From Candidatus Magasanikiibacteriota bacterium (GTDB taxonomy: Bacteria > Patescibacteriota > Patescibacteriia > Magasanikbacterales > UBA922), in contig JAKITS010000001.1 in assembly GCA_021648085.1 (NCBI GenBank), positions 915,201-979,200 of the forward strand: DNA of 64,000 bases. Reading direction: 5' to 3'. The position numbers were made by a program, and so were the translations under genes. The first letter of the stretch is position 1. Each line of letters begins with the position of its first letter. Shown piece after piece: positions 32,466 through 42,347 of this stretch. The notes beneath the pieces were generated by a model. It saw only the letters and a list, made by a program, of their open reading frames with translations, did not search any database and was not told the origin of the DNA.

Positions 32466-32574
32466 TCCTGGTGTCTTTTGTGACGAGGGTACACCTGTTC
32501 CCATCTCGAACACAGCAGTTAAGTTCGTTTACGCCGATGATAGTCGAAAGGCAAAAGTAGGTAGGTGCCAGGTA
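32466..32574 (+). rRNA. rrf: 5S rRNA (short, ~108 nt)
   Basis: cctggtg/tgccagg terminal helix, cacctgttcccatctcgaacacag core; enclosed by long precursor stem caatttagtttacaat/attgtaaactaaattg. Confidence 0.95.
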
Positions 32575-32753
32575 TTGTAAACTAAATTGAAAATCTTAGA
32601 GCTACAAGATATTGTTTTTTTAATAGAAAAATACAACTTAAATGCTGTATTTTTTGTTTTTTAAATTATATTTTTATTTTTTGCTTGGCAAAATGGATTG
32701 TTTATGATAATGTTTGATATTCTTTAGACAATTCATCAACAAAAAAGGAGAAA

Positions 32754-33075
32754 ATGATGAATACAAAAATTAAAGAAAATAAAGAAGAAAGAAGTTTCCC
32801 AACTTTGGTCGACAAGTCTGTTGGCAGTAGAATGGAGGCTTTGAAACAACTTAAAACAAGAAAAGACTCTAAACTTATTGAATCTATTCTTGGGACTTTG
32901 TTCGTCTCTTTGATGAGTATGGTTCTGAGATCGACAAAAAAGGGGAGTAGTTTGTTAAGCTGGAAGAGAAAGAAAACCTTCGTCTTTTGGAAGCCGAGTG
33001 GCACGAGTGGAATCGTGCTAAAAAAGAGGAAAGGAGGTTCAAAAAAGTAGTAATAATAGACGGAAGTAATGTCTT
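32754..33075 (+). pseudogene. Degenerate SD-led orphan gene (apparent frameshift plus internal TAG)
   Basis: AAGGAG-led start at 32754; after ~32880 the protein-like reading continues in another frame (IYSWDFVRLFDEYGSEIDKKGE*FVKLEEKENLRLLEAEWHEW). Confidence 0.45.
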
Positions 33076-33076
33076 T

Positions 33077-33109
33077 AGAGTGGTATACAAATTGTATACC
33101 ACTTTTTTT
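33077..33109 (+). terminator. Intrinsic terminator
   Basis: agtggtataca-aat-tgtataccact followed by tttttt. Confidence 0.8.
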
Positions 33110-33240
33110 ATTACAAAATTTTTAATATTTTTTATGTTATCCACATTTGCAAAAGAATATTATTATGGTATAGTTTTATTTGTTGGGATTATTTTTGAAT
33201 ATTAGAAAATAATCCAATATTAATTTTTTATATAATTTTT

Positions 33241-33498
33241 ATGGAGTACGAATACGATGAAGCAAAAGGTGCTATTTTGGACCATTTAAAAGAAATATTT
33301 GAAGAGATAGAAGGTGAGATGGCAATGGCACATCAAGAAAAATATGCACTTTTAGAAGATGTTTTGGGAAATGCGTCAGACATCGGTGAGCTTAAAGTTG
33401 CTTTCGAGCAATGGTGCGCAGACCATATAGGAGAATTAGATTTAGAAGAGGATTTTGAGGAGTTGTGGGATCAGGCTTTTGCTAGATTAGAAGACTAA
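33241..33498 (+). CDS. Small acidic hypothetical protein
   Basis: 85-aa D/E-rich helical ORF with its own terminator at 33505-33535. Confidence 0.75.
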   Translation: MEYEYDEAKGAILDHLKEIFEEIEGEMAMAHQEKYALLEDVLGNASDIGELKVAFEQWCADHIGELDLEEDFEELWDQAFARLED

Positions 33499-33619
33499 AA
33501 GATTAAAAAAATACCTTTTAAATAGGTATTTTTTATTTTAATATAAAAAAACTTGCTTCATTGCCTTGTTTGTTGATACTATAAATAGTAGGTTAGTTTT
33601 ATTTTTTTAATTATATTTT

Positions 33620-34555
33620 ATGCCATTTGTAAGCACAAAAAAAATGTTTAAAAAAGCAATGCAAGAGGGTTATGCAATTGGTGCTTTTAATATAAATAAT
33701 CTGGAAATCGCACAAGCGATAGTTGATGCAGCTGCAAAGACAAATTCCCCTGTTATTATCCAGGTTTCAGAGGGTGCTAGAGAATATGCAGGAACAGAAG
33801 ATCTCGTTGCAATAGTAAGAGCAGAATTGGAAATGAGCCCAAAGTTGGTTTCTGCACTTCATCAAGATCATGGTTCTAGTTTTGAAATATGTAAAAGTGC
33901 AATTAAAGCTGGATTTAGCTCTGTGATGATAGATGGTTCACATCTGCCTTTTGAAGAAAATGTAAAACTTACAAAAAAAGTTGTGGATTATGCACATAAA
34001 AAAAATATAACAGTAGAAGCAGAACTTGGGGAATTGATTGGAGAACAGTTTGACGCGGGCGAGGGAAGTGAAAAAAGCGAGGGAGCTTATACAGATCCAA
34101 AAAAAGCAAAAGAATTTGTAAAAAGGACTGGTTGTGATTCTTTGGCAGTTTCTATTGGAACTTCTCATGGAGTTTATAAATTTAAAGGTGATCCAAAATT
34201 AGACTTGAAACGCTTGGAAGAAATTCAAAAAATGATTCCAAAAATACCTTTGGTTTTGCACGGAGCATCTAGTATTTTGCAAAAATATGTAAAAATGGCA
34301 ACAAAACATGGTGCAGAAATTTCTGGTGCGCGAGGTGTTCCTGAAAGTGTAATTCGTAAATCTACAAAATTTGGTGTGGTAAAAGTAAATATTGATAGTG
34401 ATTTGCGTTTAGCAATGACTGCCACAATTCGTAAATATATGGATGAAAATCCTGGCGAAGTGGATCCTCGTAAATATTTGGGTGCAGGAAGAGATGAGTT
34501 GGAAAAATTAATTATACATAAATTTAAAGCTTTTGGTTGTCTTGGAAAAGCTTAG
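33620..34555 (+). CDS. fba: Class II fructose-1,6-bisphosphate aldolase
   Basis: ALHQDHG, VEAELG, IGTSHGVYK, LVLHGAS, KVNIDSD. Confidence 0.97.
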   Translation: MPFVSTKKMFKKAMQEGYAIGAFNINNLEIAQAIVDAAAKTNSPVIIQVSEGAREYAGTEDLVAIVRAELEMSPKLVSALHQDHGSSFEICKSAIKAGFSSVMIDGSHLPFEENVKLTKKVVDYAHKKNITVEAELGELIGEQFDAGEGSEKSEGAYTDPKKAKEFVKRTGCDSLAVSIGTSHGVYKFKGDPKLDLKRLEEIQKMIPKIPLVLHGASSILQKYVKMATKHGAEISGARGVPESVIRKSTKFGVVKVNIDSDLRLAMTATIRKYMDENPGEVDPRKYLGAGRDELEKLIIHKFKAFGCLGKA

Positions 34556-34576
34556 TAAAAAATTTAATTATTTTGT

Positions 34577-35320
34577 ATGGATTTTAAAAAAGTTGGAGTA
34601 GTAATTTTGGCAGGAGGAAGAGGTGCTAGATTGAATTGTACTGAAATTCCTAAGGTTATGTGCCCAATTGGGGATAAACCGATTATAAGCTATATTGTAG
34701 ATACTTTATTTCAAATTGGGTTTGAAAAAAGTAGTATTTCTCTTGTTGTTGGTTTTAAGAGAGAAAAAGTTGAAGAATATTTTGGTGAAGGTTTTATTTA
34801 TGCCCACCAAAAAGAACAACTAGGAACTGGACATGCTGCATATGTGGGAATGCAAAAACTACCAAAAGAAATTGAGATTGTTTTAGTATTAAATGGAGAT
34901 GACAGTGCTTTTTATAAAAAGGAAAGTTTGGTTAATTTCATTCAGTCGCATTTGGAAAATAATGCTACTATTTCTCTTTTAACCACAGAACTCGATCATC
35001 CAATAGGCTATGGAAGAGTAATTCGTAAAAATAATTCTTTCAAAATTATAGAAAAAGAATATTTAACAGAGGAACAGGAGAAAGTACAGGAAATTAGCAC
35101 TGGAACTTTTGTGTTTGATAGGTTTTGGTATGAAGGTGTGTTTCCAAACATGCCAAAAATGCGCGCAATAAACGAATATGGTATACCAGCAGCTATAATG
35201 ATGGCACGCGATGAAAATAAAAAAATTCAAGCTGTTTTGTTGGAAGATAGAAAAGAGTGGTACGGAGTAAACAAACCTCATGAATTGGAAGAGGCTAATA
35301 AAAGAAAGCAGATTAAGTAA
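34577..35320 (+). CDS. Nucleotidyltransferase similar to the GlmU N-terminal domain only
   Basis: ILAGGRGARL, PKVM, QKEQLGTGHA, GYGRVIR, GVNKPHEL; no hexapeptide domain. Confidence 0.8.
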   Translation: MDFKKVGVVILAGGRGARLNCTEIPKVMCPIGDKPIISYIVDTLFQIGFEKSSISLVVGFKREKVEEYFGEGFIYAHQKEQLGTGHAAYVGMQKLPKEIEIVLVLNGDDSAFYKKESLVNFIQSHLENNATISLLTTELDHPIGYGRVIRKNNSFKIIEKEYLTEEQEKVQEISTGTFVFDRFWYEGVFPNMPKMRAINEYGIPAAIMMARDENKKIQAVLLEDRKEWYGVNKPHELEEANKRKQIK

Positions 35321-35328
35321 AGAAATGT

Positions 35329-37149
35329 ATGTGTGGAATTATAGGTTATATTGGAAAAAAAGATGCTTCTACGATTTTGCTTCAGGGTTTGCGTCGTTTG
35401 GAGTATAGGGGGTATGACTCTGCAGGAATAGTTTGTTTTGCAGATAAGTTTTCTATTATAAAATCTGTTGGTAAAATAGAAAATTTAGCTGAAAAATTGA
35501 AATTTAATCCAGTTTCTGGAAATATTGGAATTGCTCACACTCGTTGGGCAACTCATGGTGGCGTGACAGAACAAAATGCACACCCTCATTCTTCTTGTAG
35601 AGATGAGGTTTTTTTGGTTCACAATGGAATTATAGAAAATTATAGAGAGTTAAAAAAAGAATTAGGATTTGAGCATAATTTTAAATCAGAAACAGATTCA
35701 GAAGTTTTGGCACATTTGATAGAAAAATTTTATAATGGTGATATTCGTTTGGCAGTTCAAAAAGCATTGAAAAAAATACGTGGAACTTATGGTTTGGTGG
35801 TAATGCACAAAAATGAACCAGATAAAATGATTGTGGCGAGAATGGGAAGTCCTATTGTTTTGGGAGTTGGTGAGGGGGAATATTTTGTGGCAAGCGATGC
35901 TACACCACTTTTGGCACATACTAGAGATGTGATTTTTTTGGATGACGGAGAATTGGCAGAAGTTTCAAAAAAAGGTTTTGAAATTTTTAATTTAAAAGAG
36001 CAAGAAGTTCAGAAAACAATAGAACATATAGAATGGAATGATGAACAGGCTGAAAAACAAGGATATCCTCACTTTATGCTCAAGGAAATTTTTGAACAGC
36101 CTGCTGTTTTTAAGGATGCAATTCGCGGAAGAATAAATGAGGAAGATGGAACTTCACATTTGGGCGGGTTGAATATGACAATAGAGGAAATGCACAGAAT
36201 AAACAGGATTGTTTTGATAGCTTGTGGAACTGCTTATTATGCATGTATGGTTGGTAAATATGCTTTTGAAAAGTTGGTTGGAATTCCAGTGGAGGTGGAT
36301 GTTGCAAGTGAGTTTAGATATAGAGATCCAATTATAGATAAAAATACTTTGGTTTTTGCAGTTTCTCAATCTGGTGAAACTGCTGATACTTTGGCGGCAT
36401 TGCGCGAGGCAAAAAGAAAAGGCGCTTTTGTACGGGGAATTGTAAATGTGGTTGGTTCTACAATTGCGCGTGAGACTGACGGTGGAACTTATATCCATGC
36501 TGGTCTTGAGTTTGCTGTTGCCTCTAGCAAGGCTTACACAAATATGGTTGCTGTTTTACTACTTTACGCATTGCAGTTTGGTAGATTAAATAAAACTAGC
36601 TTGCACCAAGGAAAAGAATTTATAGAAGAATTAAGGCAAATTCCACAAAAAATGGATAGAATTTTAGAACAAAAAGAAAAAATAAGACAGGTTGCGGAAA
36701 AATACTCACATTACAAAAATTTTCTATTTCTTGGTCGTGGAATAAATTATCCTGTTGCTTTGGAAGGGTCACTAAAACTAAAAGAAATTACTTATATTCA
36801 TAGTGAGGCGTGTCCAGCTGGAGAGATGAAGCATGGTGTAAATGCACTTTTGTCTGAAGATTTTCCTATTCTTGCAATTCTTACAAAAAATAGTTTGTAT
36901 GAAAAAATGAGGAGTAATGTTGAAGAAGTGAAAGCAAGAAAAAGTCCTATTTTACTACTCGCAAGTGAAGGTGATTTTACGGCACAAGAATTGGCAGATG
37001 ACATTTTATTTACACCAAAAACAATAGAAATTTTAGAGCCATTATTAAATACAATTATCTTGCAGTTGTTCGCTTATTATACAGCAGTTAAGCTTGGTAG
37101 AGATGTCGATAGACCTAGGAATTTGGCTAAGTCTGTGACAGTAGAGTAA
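35329..37149 (+). CDS. glmS: Glutamine-fructose-6-phosphate transaminase
   Basis: MCGIIG, HTRWATHG, SQSGETADT, PRNLAKSVTVE. Confidence 0.99.
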   Translation: MCGIIGYIGKKDASTILLQGLRRLEYRGYDSAGIVCFADKFSIIKSVGKIENLAEKLKFNPVSGNIGIAHTRWATHGGVTEQNAHPHSSCRDEVFLVHNGIIENYRELKKELGFEHNFKSETDSEVLAHLIEKFYNGDIRLAVQKALKKIRGTYGLVVMHKNEPDKMIVARMGSPIVLGVGEGEYFVASDATPLLAHTRDVIFLDDGELAEVSKKGFEIFNLKEQEVQKTIEHIEWNDEQAEKQGYPHFMLKEIFEQPAVFKDAIRGRINEEDGTSHLGGLNMTIEEMHRINRIVLIACGTAYYACMVGKYAFEKLVGIPVEVDVASEFRYRDPIIDKNTLVFAVSQSGETADTLAALREAKRKGAFVRGIVNVVGSTIARETDGGTYIHAGLEFAVASSKAYTNMVAVLLLYALQFGRLNKTSLHQGKEFIEELRQIPQKMDRILEQKEKIRQVAEKYSHYKNFLFLGRGINYPVALEGSLKLKEITYIHSEACPAGEMKHGVNALLSEDFPILAILTKNSLYEKMRSNVEEVKARKSPILLLASEGDFTAQELADDILFTPKTIEILEPLLNTIILQLFAYYTAVKLGRDVDRPRNLAKSVTVE

Positions 37150-37151
37150 TT

Positions 37152-37577
37152 ATGTTAATAATTTTATTCGGTCCTCCTGCTAGTGGAAAATCTACGCTTT
37201 TAGAATTTTTAGAAAATAAAAATTATAATGTTTTGGATATTGAAAAGCTTGGGAAAAACTATAAAGAGCGTAAAGAAAATTTTTATAAAAAACTAAATAC
37301 TAAAAAGTTCGATGTCGATTTTCTTTTTGTTGGTGCTGCAGACTTGTCGCCAGATGATTTTTTGGGAGATAAGAAGTCTATTATGCTTTTGCCGAATAAG
37401 AAGATATATAAGAAGCGTTTATTTGAGCGTAAATACAAAACAAAACAGAACGGGCTGTTTAAATATGATAAATTTAAAAAATGGAGTATTTTTTTTGATG
37501 GTTTTATTATTGAAAACAATGGAAGTGTGGAAGAAACAGTAAATAAAATTTTAAAACTGATTTTTATTGATAAGTAA
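37152..37577 (+). CDS. Small P-loop kinase-like protein
   Basis: GPPASGKST at N-terminus; IIENNGSVEE near C-terminus. Confidence 0.7.
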   Translation: MLIILFGPPASGKSTLLEFLENKNYNVLDIEKLGKNYKERKENFYKKLNTKKFDVDFLFVGAADLSPDDFLGDKKSIMLLPNKKIYKKRLFERKYKTKQNGLFKYDKFKKWSIFFDGFIIENNGSVEETVNKILKLIFIDK

Positions 37578-37580
37578 ATT

Positions 37581-38804
37581 ATGATAAAACAAATTTTAGA
37601 TTTACATATTCATTCCAAATATTCTCGTGCTTGTAGTAAAAGATTAGAGCTTTCAACAATTGCAAAAGCTTGTGAAATTCGTGGAATCGATATTGTAGCT
37701 ACAGGAGATTTTACACACCCAAAATGGTTTGAAAGTATTAAAAATGAATTGGTAGAAAGCTCGGTTGGTGTGTATAAATTAAAAAATAAAAAAAGTAAAA
37801 CTAAATTTATTTTGGGAACTGAAGTTTCTTCAATTAAAAAACACAAAGGAAAAACTAGACGAGTACATTTGCTAATTTTTGCTCCAAACATAGAGATTGC
37901 AGAAAAATTTAATAAAACTCTTGAACAAAAGGGGTTTAATTTAAAATCTGATGGGCGTCCAATTTTGGGAATTCCAAGTAAAGATATTTTGAAATTGATG
38001 TTGGAGGTGGACGAAAGAATGGTTATGATTCCAGCACACGCTTGGACGCCATGGTTTGGTATATTTGGTTCAAAAGGTGGCTACAATTCGTTAGAAGAAG
38101 CTTTTGATGAGTTGTCAGTACATATAAATGCAATTGAAACCGGGCTTTCTAGTGACCCTGCTATGAATTGGCGTTTGTCTGCTTTGGATAATATTACTTT
38201 AATTTCAAATTCAGATGCACACAGCCTACAAAAACTTGGGCGTGAGGCAAATGTTTTTCAATTTAAAAATGAATCTGAAATAACTTACAAAGAAATAATA
38301 AGGATAATTCAAGAAGGTGATAAAACAAAATTTTTAAATACTATTGAATTTTATCCTGAGGAAGGAAAATATCATGTGGACGGTCATAGGGGTTGCAGAT
38401 TTTTTTGTGAACCAGAAGAGACTAAAAAGTTAAAAGGAAAATGTCCAAAATGTAAAAAATCTCTGATAATCGGTGTTTTAAATAGAGTTGTAGGATTGGC
38501 AGACAGAACTGAAAATGAGGCAAAAAAAGTAAATAAAATTCCATATAAAAGTATAGTTCCACTTCCAGAAATTTTGTCTGGTGTATTGGGAAGAGGTGTG
38601 AACACAAAAACTGTACAAAAAGAATATGATAATTTAATTGAGAATATTGGTAGTGAATTTTTTATTCTTTTGGATGCAAAAATAGAAGATATCCACATGG
38701 TCGCTGGGGATAACATTGCAAAAGCTGTGGATAAAGTACGAAAAGGTGAGGTTGTTTTAAGTCCTGGATATGATGGTGAGTTTGGAAAAGTTAATGTTAA
38801 ATAA
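37581..38804 (+). CDS. Endonuclease Q family (PHP domain) protein
   Basis: DLHIHSKYSRA, PAHAWTPW, SNSDAHS, GKYHVDGHRGC, CPKC, PGYDGEFG. Confidence 0.9.
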   Translation: MIKQILDLHIHSKYSRACSKRLELSTIAKACEIRGIDIVATGDFTHPKWFESIKNELVESSVGVYKLKNKKSKTKFILGTEVSSIKKHKGKTRRVHLLIFAPNIEIAEKFNKTLEQKGFNLKSDGRPILGIPSKDILKLMLEVDERMVMIPAHAWTPWFGIFGSKGGYNSLEEAFDELSVHINAIETGLSSDPAMNWRLSALDNITLISNSDAHSLQKLGREANVFQFKNESEITYKEIIRIIQEGDKTKFLNTIEFYPEEGKYHVDGHRGCRFFCEPEETKKLKGKCPKCKKSLIIGVLNRVVGLADRTENEAKKVNKIPYKSIVPLPEILSGVLGRGVNTKTVQKEYDNLIENIGSEFFILLDAKIEDIHMVAGDNIAKAVDKVRKGEVVLSPGYDGEFGKVNVK

Positions 38805-38816
38805 TTTTTGTAAATA

Positions 38817-38847
38817 AAAAATAGAGTAATAATTTACTCTATTTTTT
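38817..38847. terminator. Bidirectional terminator
   Basis: aaaatagagtaa-taat-ttactctatttt between convergent genes. Confidence 0.75.
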
Positions 38848-38857
38848 CAATTTATTT

Positions 38858-39583
38858 TTAAGTAGTTTTTAAACCTGTAAGAATTAAAGTATCTAATATT
38901 CTATTTATATTGCTTAGCATTTTGTCTGCCCATTTTAATCCAAAAGTTTTTTCAAAAAAGTCTTTTACTTCTTTGCTGGAAACCCAAGCTATAAATTGTT
39001 TGATTAATTTTTCTAAATATTTTTGTGCAACTTTTGTTTTCATTTTTAGTTTATTTTTAGATATAAACCACCATGTTGCTGTTTTATAGCCAAAATAGTA
39101 AATTTTTGATTCTTCTACTAGATCTAATGTCTTTTTCATTCTTTCTATTCCTAGTACATCTAAAGTGTCTGCGTCTTTTAGTAAATCTACCAAAAATCTA
39201 TTTTTTTTCTTGAATAATATTTTTGTAAAAAATGCTCCAGTTCCAAGACTTTTGCACAGAATTAATTTTATACTTGTACCAGCTAGCTCACCAAAAAGTT
39301 TATATTTTAACGTAAAAAACCACAGCATTAAAGCTGAAATAATATCATCTAAAAAAGGCATCCAAATAAAAGAAGTTTTGTTTGGAACTGTTCTAGACAC
39401 ATCGTGCCACCACGCTGCCAAAACTAGTGCATTTTTTTGTTTTGAATTTAAATGAAGATCATTACTGAAGGTTTTAACATGATTTACAACATTTTTGACA
39501 TGTTCTAGGTCGTGTATAGAGTCAGATGAGTGCTTCATTTTTTGTTTTGCAATTTTTATCAAACTGCTAAGCGTATCTTTCAT
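38858..39583 (-). CDS. HD-domain protein
   Basis: HDLEHV, AAWWHDV, DADTLD. Confidence 0.8.
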   Translation of the reverse strand: MKDTLSSLIKIAKQKMKHSSDSIHDLEHVKNVVNHVKTFSNDLHLNSKQKNALVLAAWWHDVSRTVPNKTSFIWMPFLDDIISALMLWFFTLKYKLFGELAGTSIKLILCKSLGTGAFFTKILFKKKNRFLVDLLKDADTLDVLGIERMKKTLDLVEESKIYYFGYKTATWWFISKNKLKMKTKVAQKYLEKLIKQFIAWVSSKEVKDFFEKTFGLKWADKMLSNINRILDTLILTGLKTT

Positions 39584-39661
39584 AAAAAAAATAGTTTTCT
39601 GGTATAATTATAACATATCCTTGATTTTTTATAAATAATCTGCTATTATTATTGCATAAAT

Positions 39662-39734
39662 GTGCCTGTAGCTCAGGGGTTAGAGCACCACGCTTATAAC
39701 GTGGGGGTCGATGGTTCAATCCCATCCAGGCGCA
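39662..39734 (+). tRNA. tRNA-Ile (anticodon TAT/UAU), CCA not encoded
   Basis: Acceptor gtgcctg/caggcgc + A73; anticodon arm ccacg-ct TAT aa-cgtgg; T arm gatgg-ttcaatc-ccatc. Confidence 0.92.
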
Positions 39735-39751
39735 CAAATTAATTTCTACAA

Positions 39752-40717
39752 ATGCCTGCCTTAAATCAAAAAATTATTTTAGATGAAGAGTCGAAAAAGA
39801 AGCGTCTCGACCTTTTGTTGAGTGAAAAATTGGGAATTAGTCGTTCACAAATAGAAAAAATGATAAAAAGAGGTGGTGTTTTGGTGGATGGAAAGCTAAT
39901 AGTAAAAGCTGGAAAAAAATTAATTTCTGCAAATGAGATAACTTTTCAAGAAATAGAGGAAAGAAAAAGTGAGGTACAAATTAAAAAAGAGGAAAACTTC
40001 GATGTAACAATTATAAAAGAAGAGTCGGATTATTTAGTAGTAGAAAAACCAGCTGGACTTTTGATACACCCAACCGAAGCTTTGGAAAAGGTGACAATGG
40101 CTGGAATTTTACTAGAAAAATATCCAGAATTAAAAGGTGTTGGAGAAGGTAAACTCCGTCCTGGAATTGTTCATCGTTTGGACAAAGACGCTTCTGGGCT
40201 TTTGGTAGTTGCCAAAAATCAAAAAATGTATGAACATCTAAAAAAACAATTTCAAAATAGAGAGGTAGAAAAAATTTATAAGGTTTTGGTTTATGGAATT
40301 ATAGAGACAGACCAAGAAATAATTGATTTTGAAATAGATAGAGGGAGAGATGGTAGAATGGTATCGCGTCCAACTTTGAAGAAGTTAACTTTGAGAACTG
40401 TAAGAGATATTCAAGAAGGTAGAAAAGCAAAAACAGAGTTTTGGGTAGAAAAAAGATTCGGTAGGTTTAGTTTTTTGAAGATAAAAATTTATTCTGGTAG
40501 AACACATCAAATCCGTGTTCATATGTATGCATACAACCATCCTGTTGTTGGCGACAATATATATTTCAATAAAAATTTATTCAAAAAACAAGATAAATTG
40601 GAAAGACTTTTTCTTCATTCAGCAAGACTTGGATTTAAAGATTTTGGTGGAAAATATGTTGTTTTTGAATCTGAACTTCCAGAAAAATTACAAAATTTTT
40701 TAAATAAACTAAGATAA
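39752..40717 (+). CDS. rluD: RluA/RluD family pseudouridine synthase
   Basis: S4 domain, KPAGLLIHP, GIVHRLDKDASG, GRTHQIRVH. Confidence 0.9.
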   Translation: MPALNQKIILDEESKKKRLDLLLSEKLGISRSQIEKMIKRGGVLVDGKLIVKAGKKLISANEITFQEIEERKSEVQIKKEENFDVTIIKEESDYLVVEKPAGLLIHPTEALEKVTMAGILLEKYPELKGVGEGKLRPGIVHRLDKDASGLLVVAKNQKMYEHLKKQFQNREVEKIYKVLVYGIIETDQEIIDFEIDRGRDGRMVSRPTLKKLTLRTVRDIQEGRKAKTEFWVEKRFGRFSFLKIKIYSGRTHQIRVHMYAYNHPVVGDNIYFNKNLFKKQDKLERLFLHSARLGFKDFGGKYVVFESELPEKLQNFLNKLR

Positions 40718-40721
40718 TCTT

Positions 40722-41285
40722 ATGGAGGAGAATAAGGGGAAAATAATTGTAATCTCTGCGCCATCTGGCGGCGGAAAGACTACAATTTTAAAAGAGTTGA
40801 TAAAGAGAATTCCAAATTCCGCTCGTGTAATAACAGTGACATCGCGACCAAAAAGAGAGAGTGAACAGGAAGGAGTTGATTATTTTTTTGTTTCAAAAGA
40901 AAAATTTGAAGAGAAGATTGGGAACAATGAATTTGTTGAATACAATTTTTATTCAGGAAATTATTATGGTACAGAAAAGTCAAAATTGGAAGAATCAAAA
41001 CAAAAATACGCTTTTTCTTTTTTACCAACAGAGACAAATGGAAAAAATAATTTGGATAAATTGGGTATAGATCATATTTCGATATTTTTACTTCCGGAAT
41101 CTTTGGAAGTTTTGCGAAATAGAATTATGCAAAGAGGTGGGCACACAGCCAAAGAAATAGTAGAGAGACTGGGAATAGCAAAAGATGAGATAGCTGAGTC
41201 AGAAAAATATAATTTTAAGGTTGTAAATAAGGAAGGATATTTGGAAGAAACGATAGAGAAAATAGTGGAATTTTTGAGGAAATGA
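40722..41285 (+). CDS. gmk: Guanylate kinase
   Basis: SAPSGGGKTT, TSRPKRESEQEGVDYFF, YYGT. Confidence 0.95.
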   Translation: MEENKGKIIVISAPSGGGKTTILKELIKRIPNSARVITVTSRPKRESEQEGVDYFFVSKEKFEEKIGNNEFVEYNFYSGNYYGTEKSKLEESKQKYAFSFLPTETNGKNNLDKLGIDHISIFLLPESLEVLRNRIMQRGGHTAKEIVERLGIAKDEIAESEKYNFKVVNKEGYLEETIEKIVEFLRK

Positions 41286-41314
41286 AATGATGTTTGGTAA
41301 TATTTCTATAAATA

Positions 41315-41338
41315 AAAAAAGACCCGTTTGGGTCTTTT
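41315..41338. terminator. Bidirectional terminator
   Basis: aaaagaccc-gttt-gggtctttt. Confidence 0.8.
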
Positions 41339-41342
41339 GTGT

Positions 41343-41669
41343 TTAACTGTAGAAATCTTTTATTTGTTTTTCAATTTTTTCATAATGTGCACGACCTTCA
41401 AAAGTCAATGTATAGCGACTATCATTGATAGTAACAATGAGCTCATAACATAGAATGTTGATAGGGTTTTTTACTCTTCTTAATAATATATGTACAAAGT
41501 CTCTATTTATATTTACTCTCGCTAATCCTGAAATTCCAAGATCGAAGATTAAATAGTTTTTTGAAGTAGAAGATATTTTTTTGTTTAACGCCAGTGCAAG
41601 CTTTTTTAAGAGTTCTATATTTTCTGGGTCTTCTGTAGATTGCTTAAGTAGGTTGGATAAATTTGTCAT
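41343..41669 (-). CDS. Orphan hypothetical protein (SD-led)
   Basis: 108 aa; AAAGGAG SD; TTGACT...TGGTAATAT promoter. Confidence 0.6.
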   Translation of the reverse strand: MTNLSNLLKQSTEDPENIELLKKLALALNKKISSTSKNYLIFDLGISGLARVNINRDFVHILLRRVKNPINILCYELIVTINDSRYTLTFEGRAHYEKIEKQIKDFYS

Positions 41670-41868
41670 TACAAACTCCTTTCTTTTGATTGTATGTTGA
41701 AATGAACTTTATAAAATATTACCACTTTTAAGCTAGAAAGTCAATCTTTTCCTTGACATTTTCAATGAATTGGTGTAAACTAGTTCCATTATTACATTTT
41801 TAGTGATGTTGGGTATTAAAACTTAACCTCTCCGCAAGTGGGCAAATGCTCACAAATAATTTTAAAAT

Positions 41869-42288
41869 ATGTCAGAAGATATTCGCAGTAAATTGCGTTC
41901 TGGAATGATCGTAAAGGTTTACCAAAAAATTAGAGAAACTAACACAAAAGGTGAAGAAAAAGAAAGAACCCAGGTTTTTGAAGGAATCATATTAGCTACA
42001 AAACATGGAAGAGAGGTTGGAGCAACTGTGACAGTTAGAAAAATTTCAAATGGTGTGGGAGTAGAAAAGATTTTCCCAATAAATTCACCAATAGTAGAAA
42101 AAATTGAATTAGTGAGAACAATGAAAGTTGATCAATCTAGAGCATACTACTTGAGAAATTACAAAAAGAAATTGAAAGAGGTCAGAAAAGATCAACCAAA
42201 AAAAGCAAAGAAAGTTGCAAAAAAGGTTGAAGAAAAAGTAGAAGCTCCAAAAGAAGAAGTAAAGATGGAAACTGAAGTAAAAACATAA
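41869..42288 (+). CDS. rplS: 50S ribosomal protein L19
   Basis: [27 protein letters not shown]. Confidence 0.97.
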   Translation: MSEDIRSKLRSGMIVKVYQKIRETNTKGEEKERTQVFEGIILATKHGREVGATVTVRKISNGVGVEKIFPINSPIVEKIELVRTMKVDQSRAYYLRNYKKKLKEVRKDQPKKAKKVAKKVEEKVEAPKEEVKMETEVKT

Positions 42289-42301
42289 GAAAATTAAAAA
42301 T

Positions 42302-42332
42302 AAAAAACTGACGTAAATTGCGTCAGTTTTTT
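42302..42332. terminator. Bidirectional terminator
   Basis: aaaaactgacg-taaattg-cgtcagttttt. Confidence 0.8.
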
Positions 42333-42347
42333 ATTTTGTTAGATTTT

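Noticed and set aside
33137-33145. DnaA box TTATCCACA (similar ones near 26993, 28983, 38727 and 51250) as oriC
   Set aside because: Isolated, scattered boxes, several inside CDSs; no cluster and no dnaA
41808-41855. rplS leader hairpin (tgggtatt/aatgctca)
   Set aside because: Short pairing with several G-U pairs; cannot be distinguished from chance without an alignment
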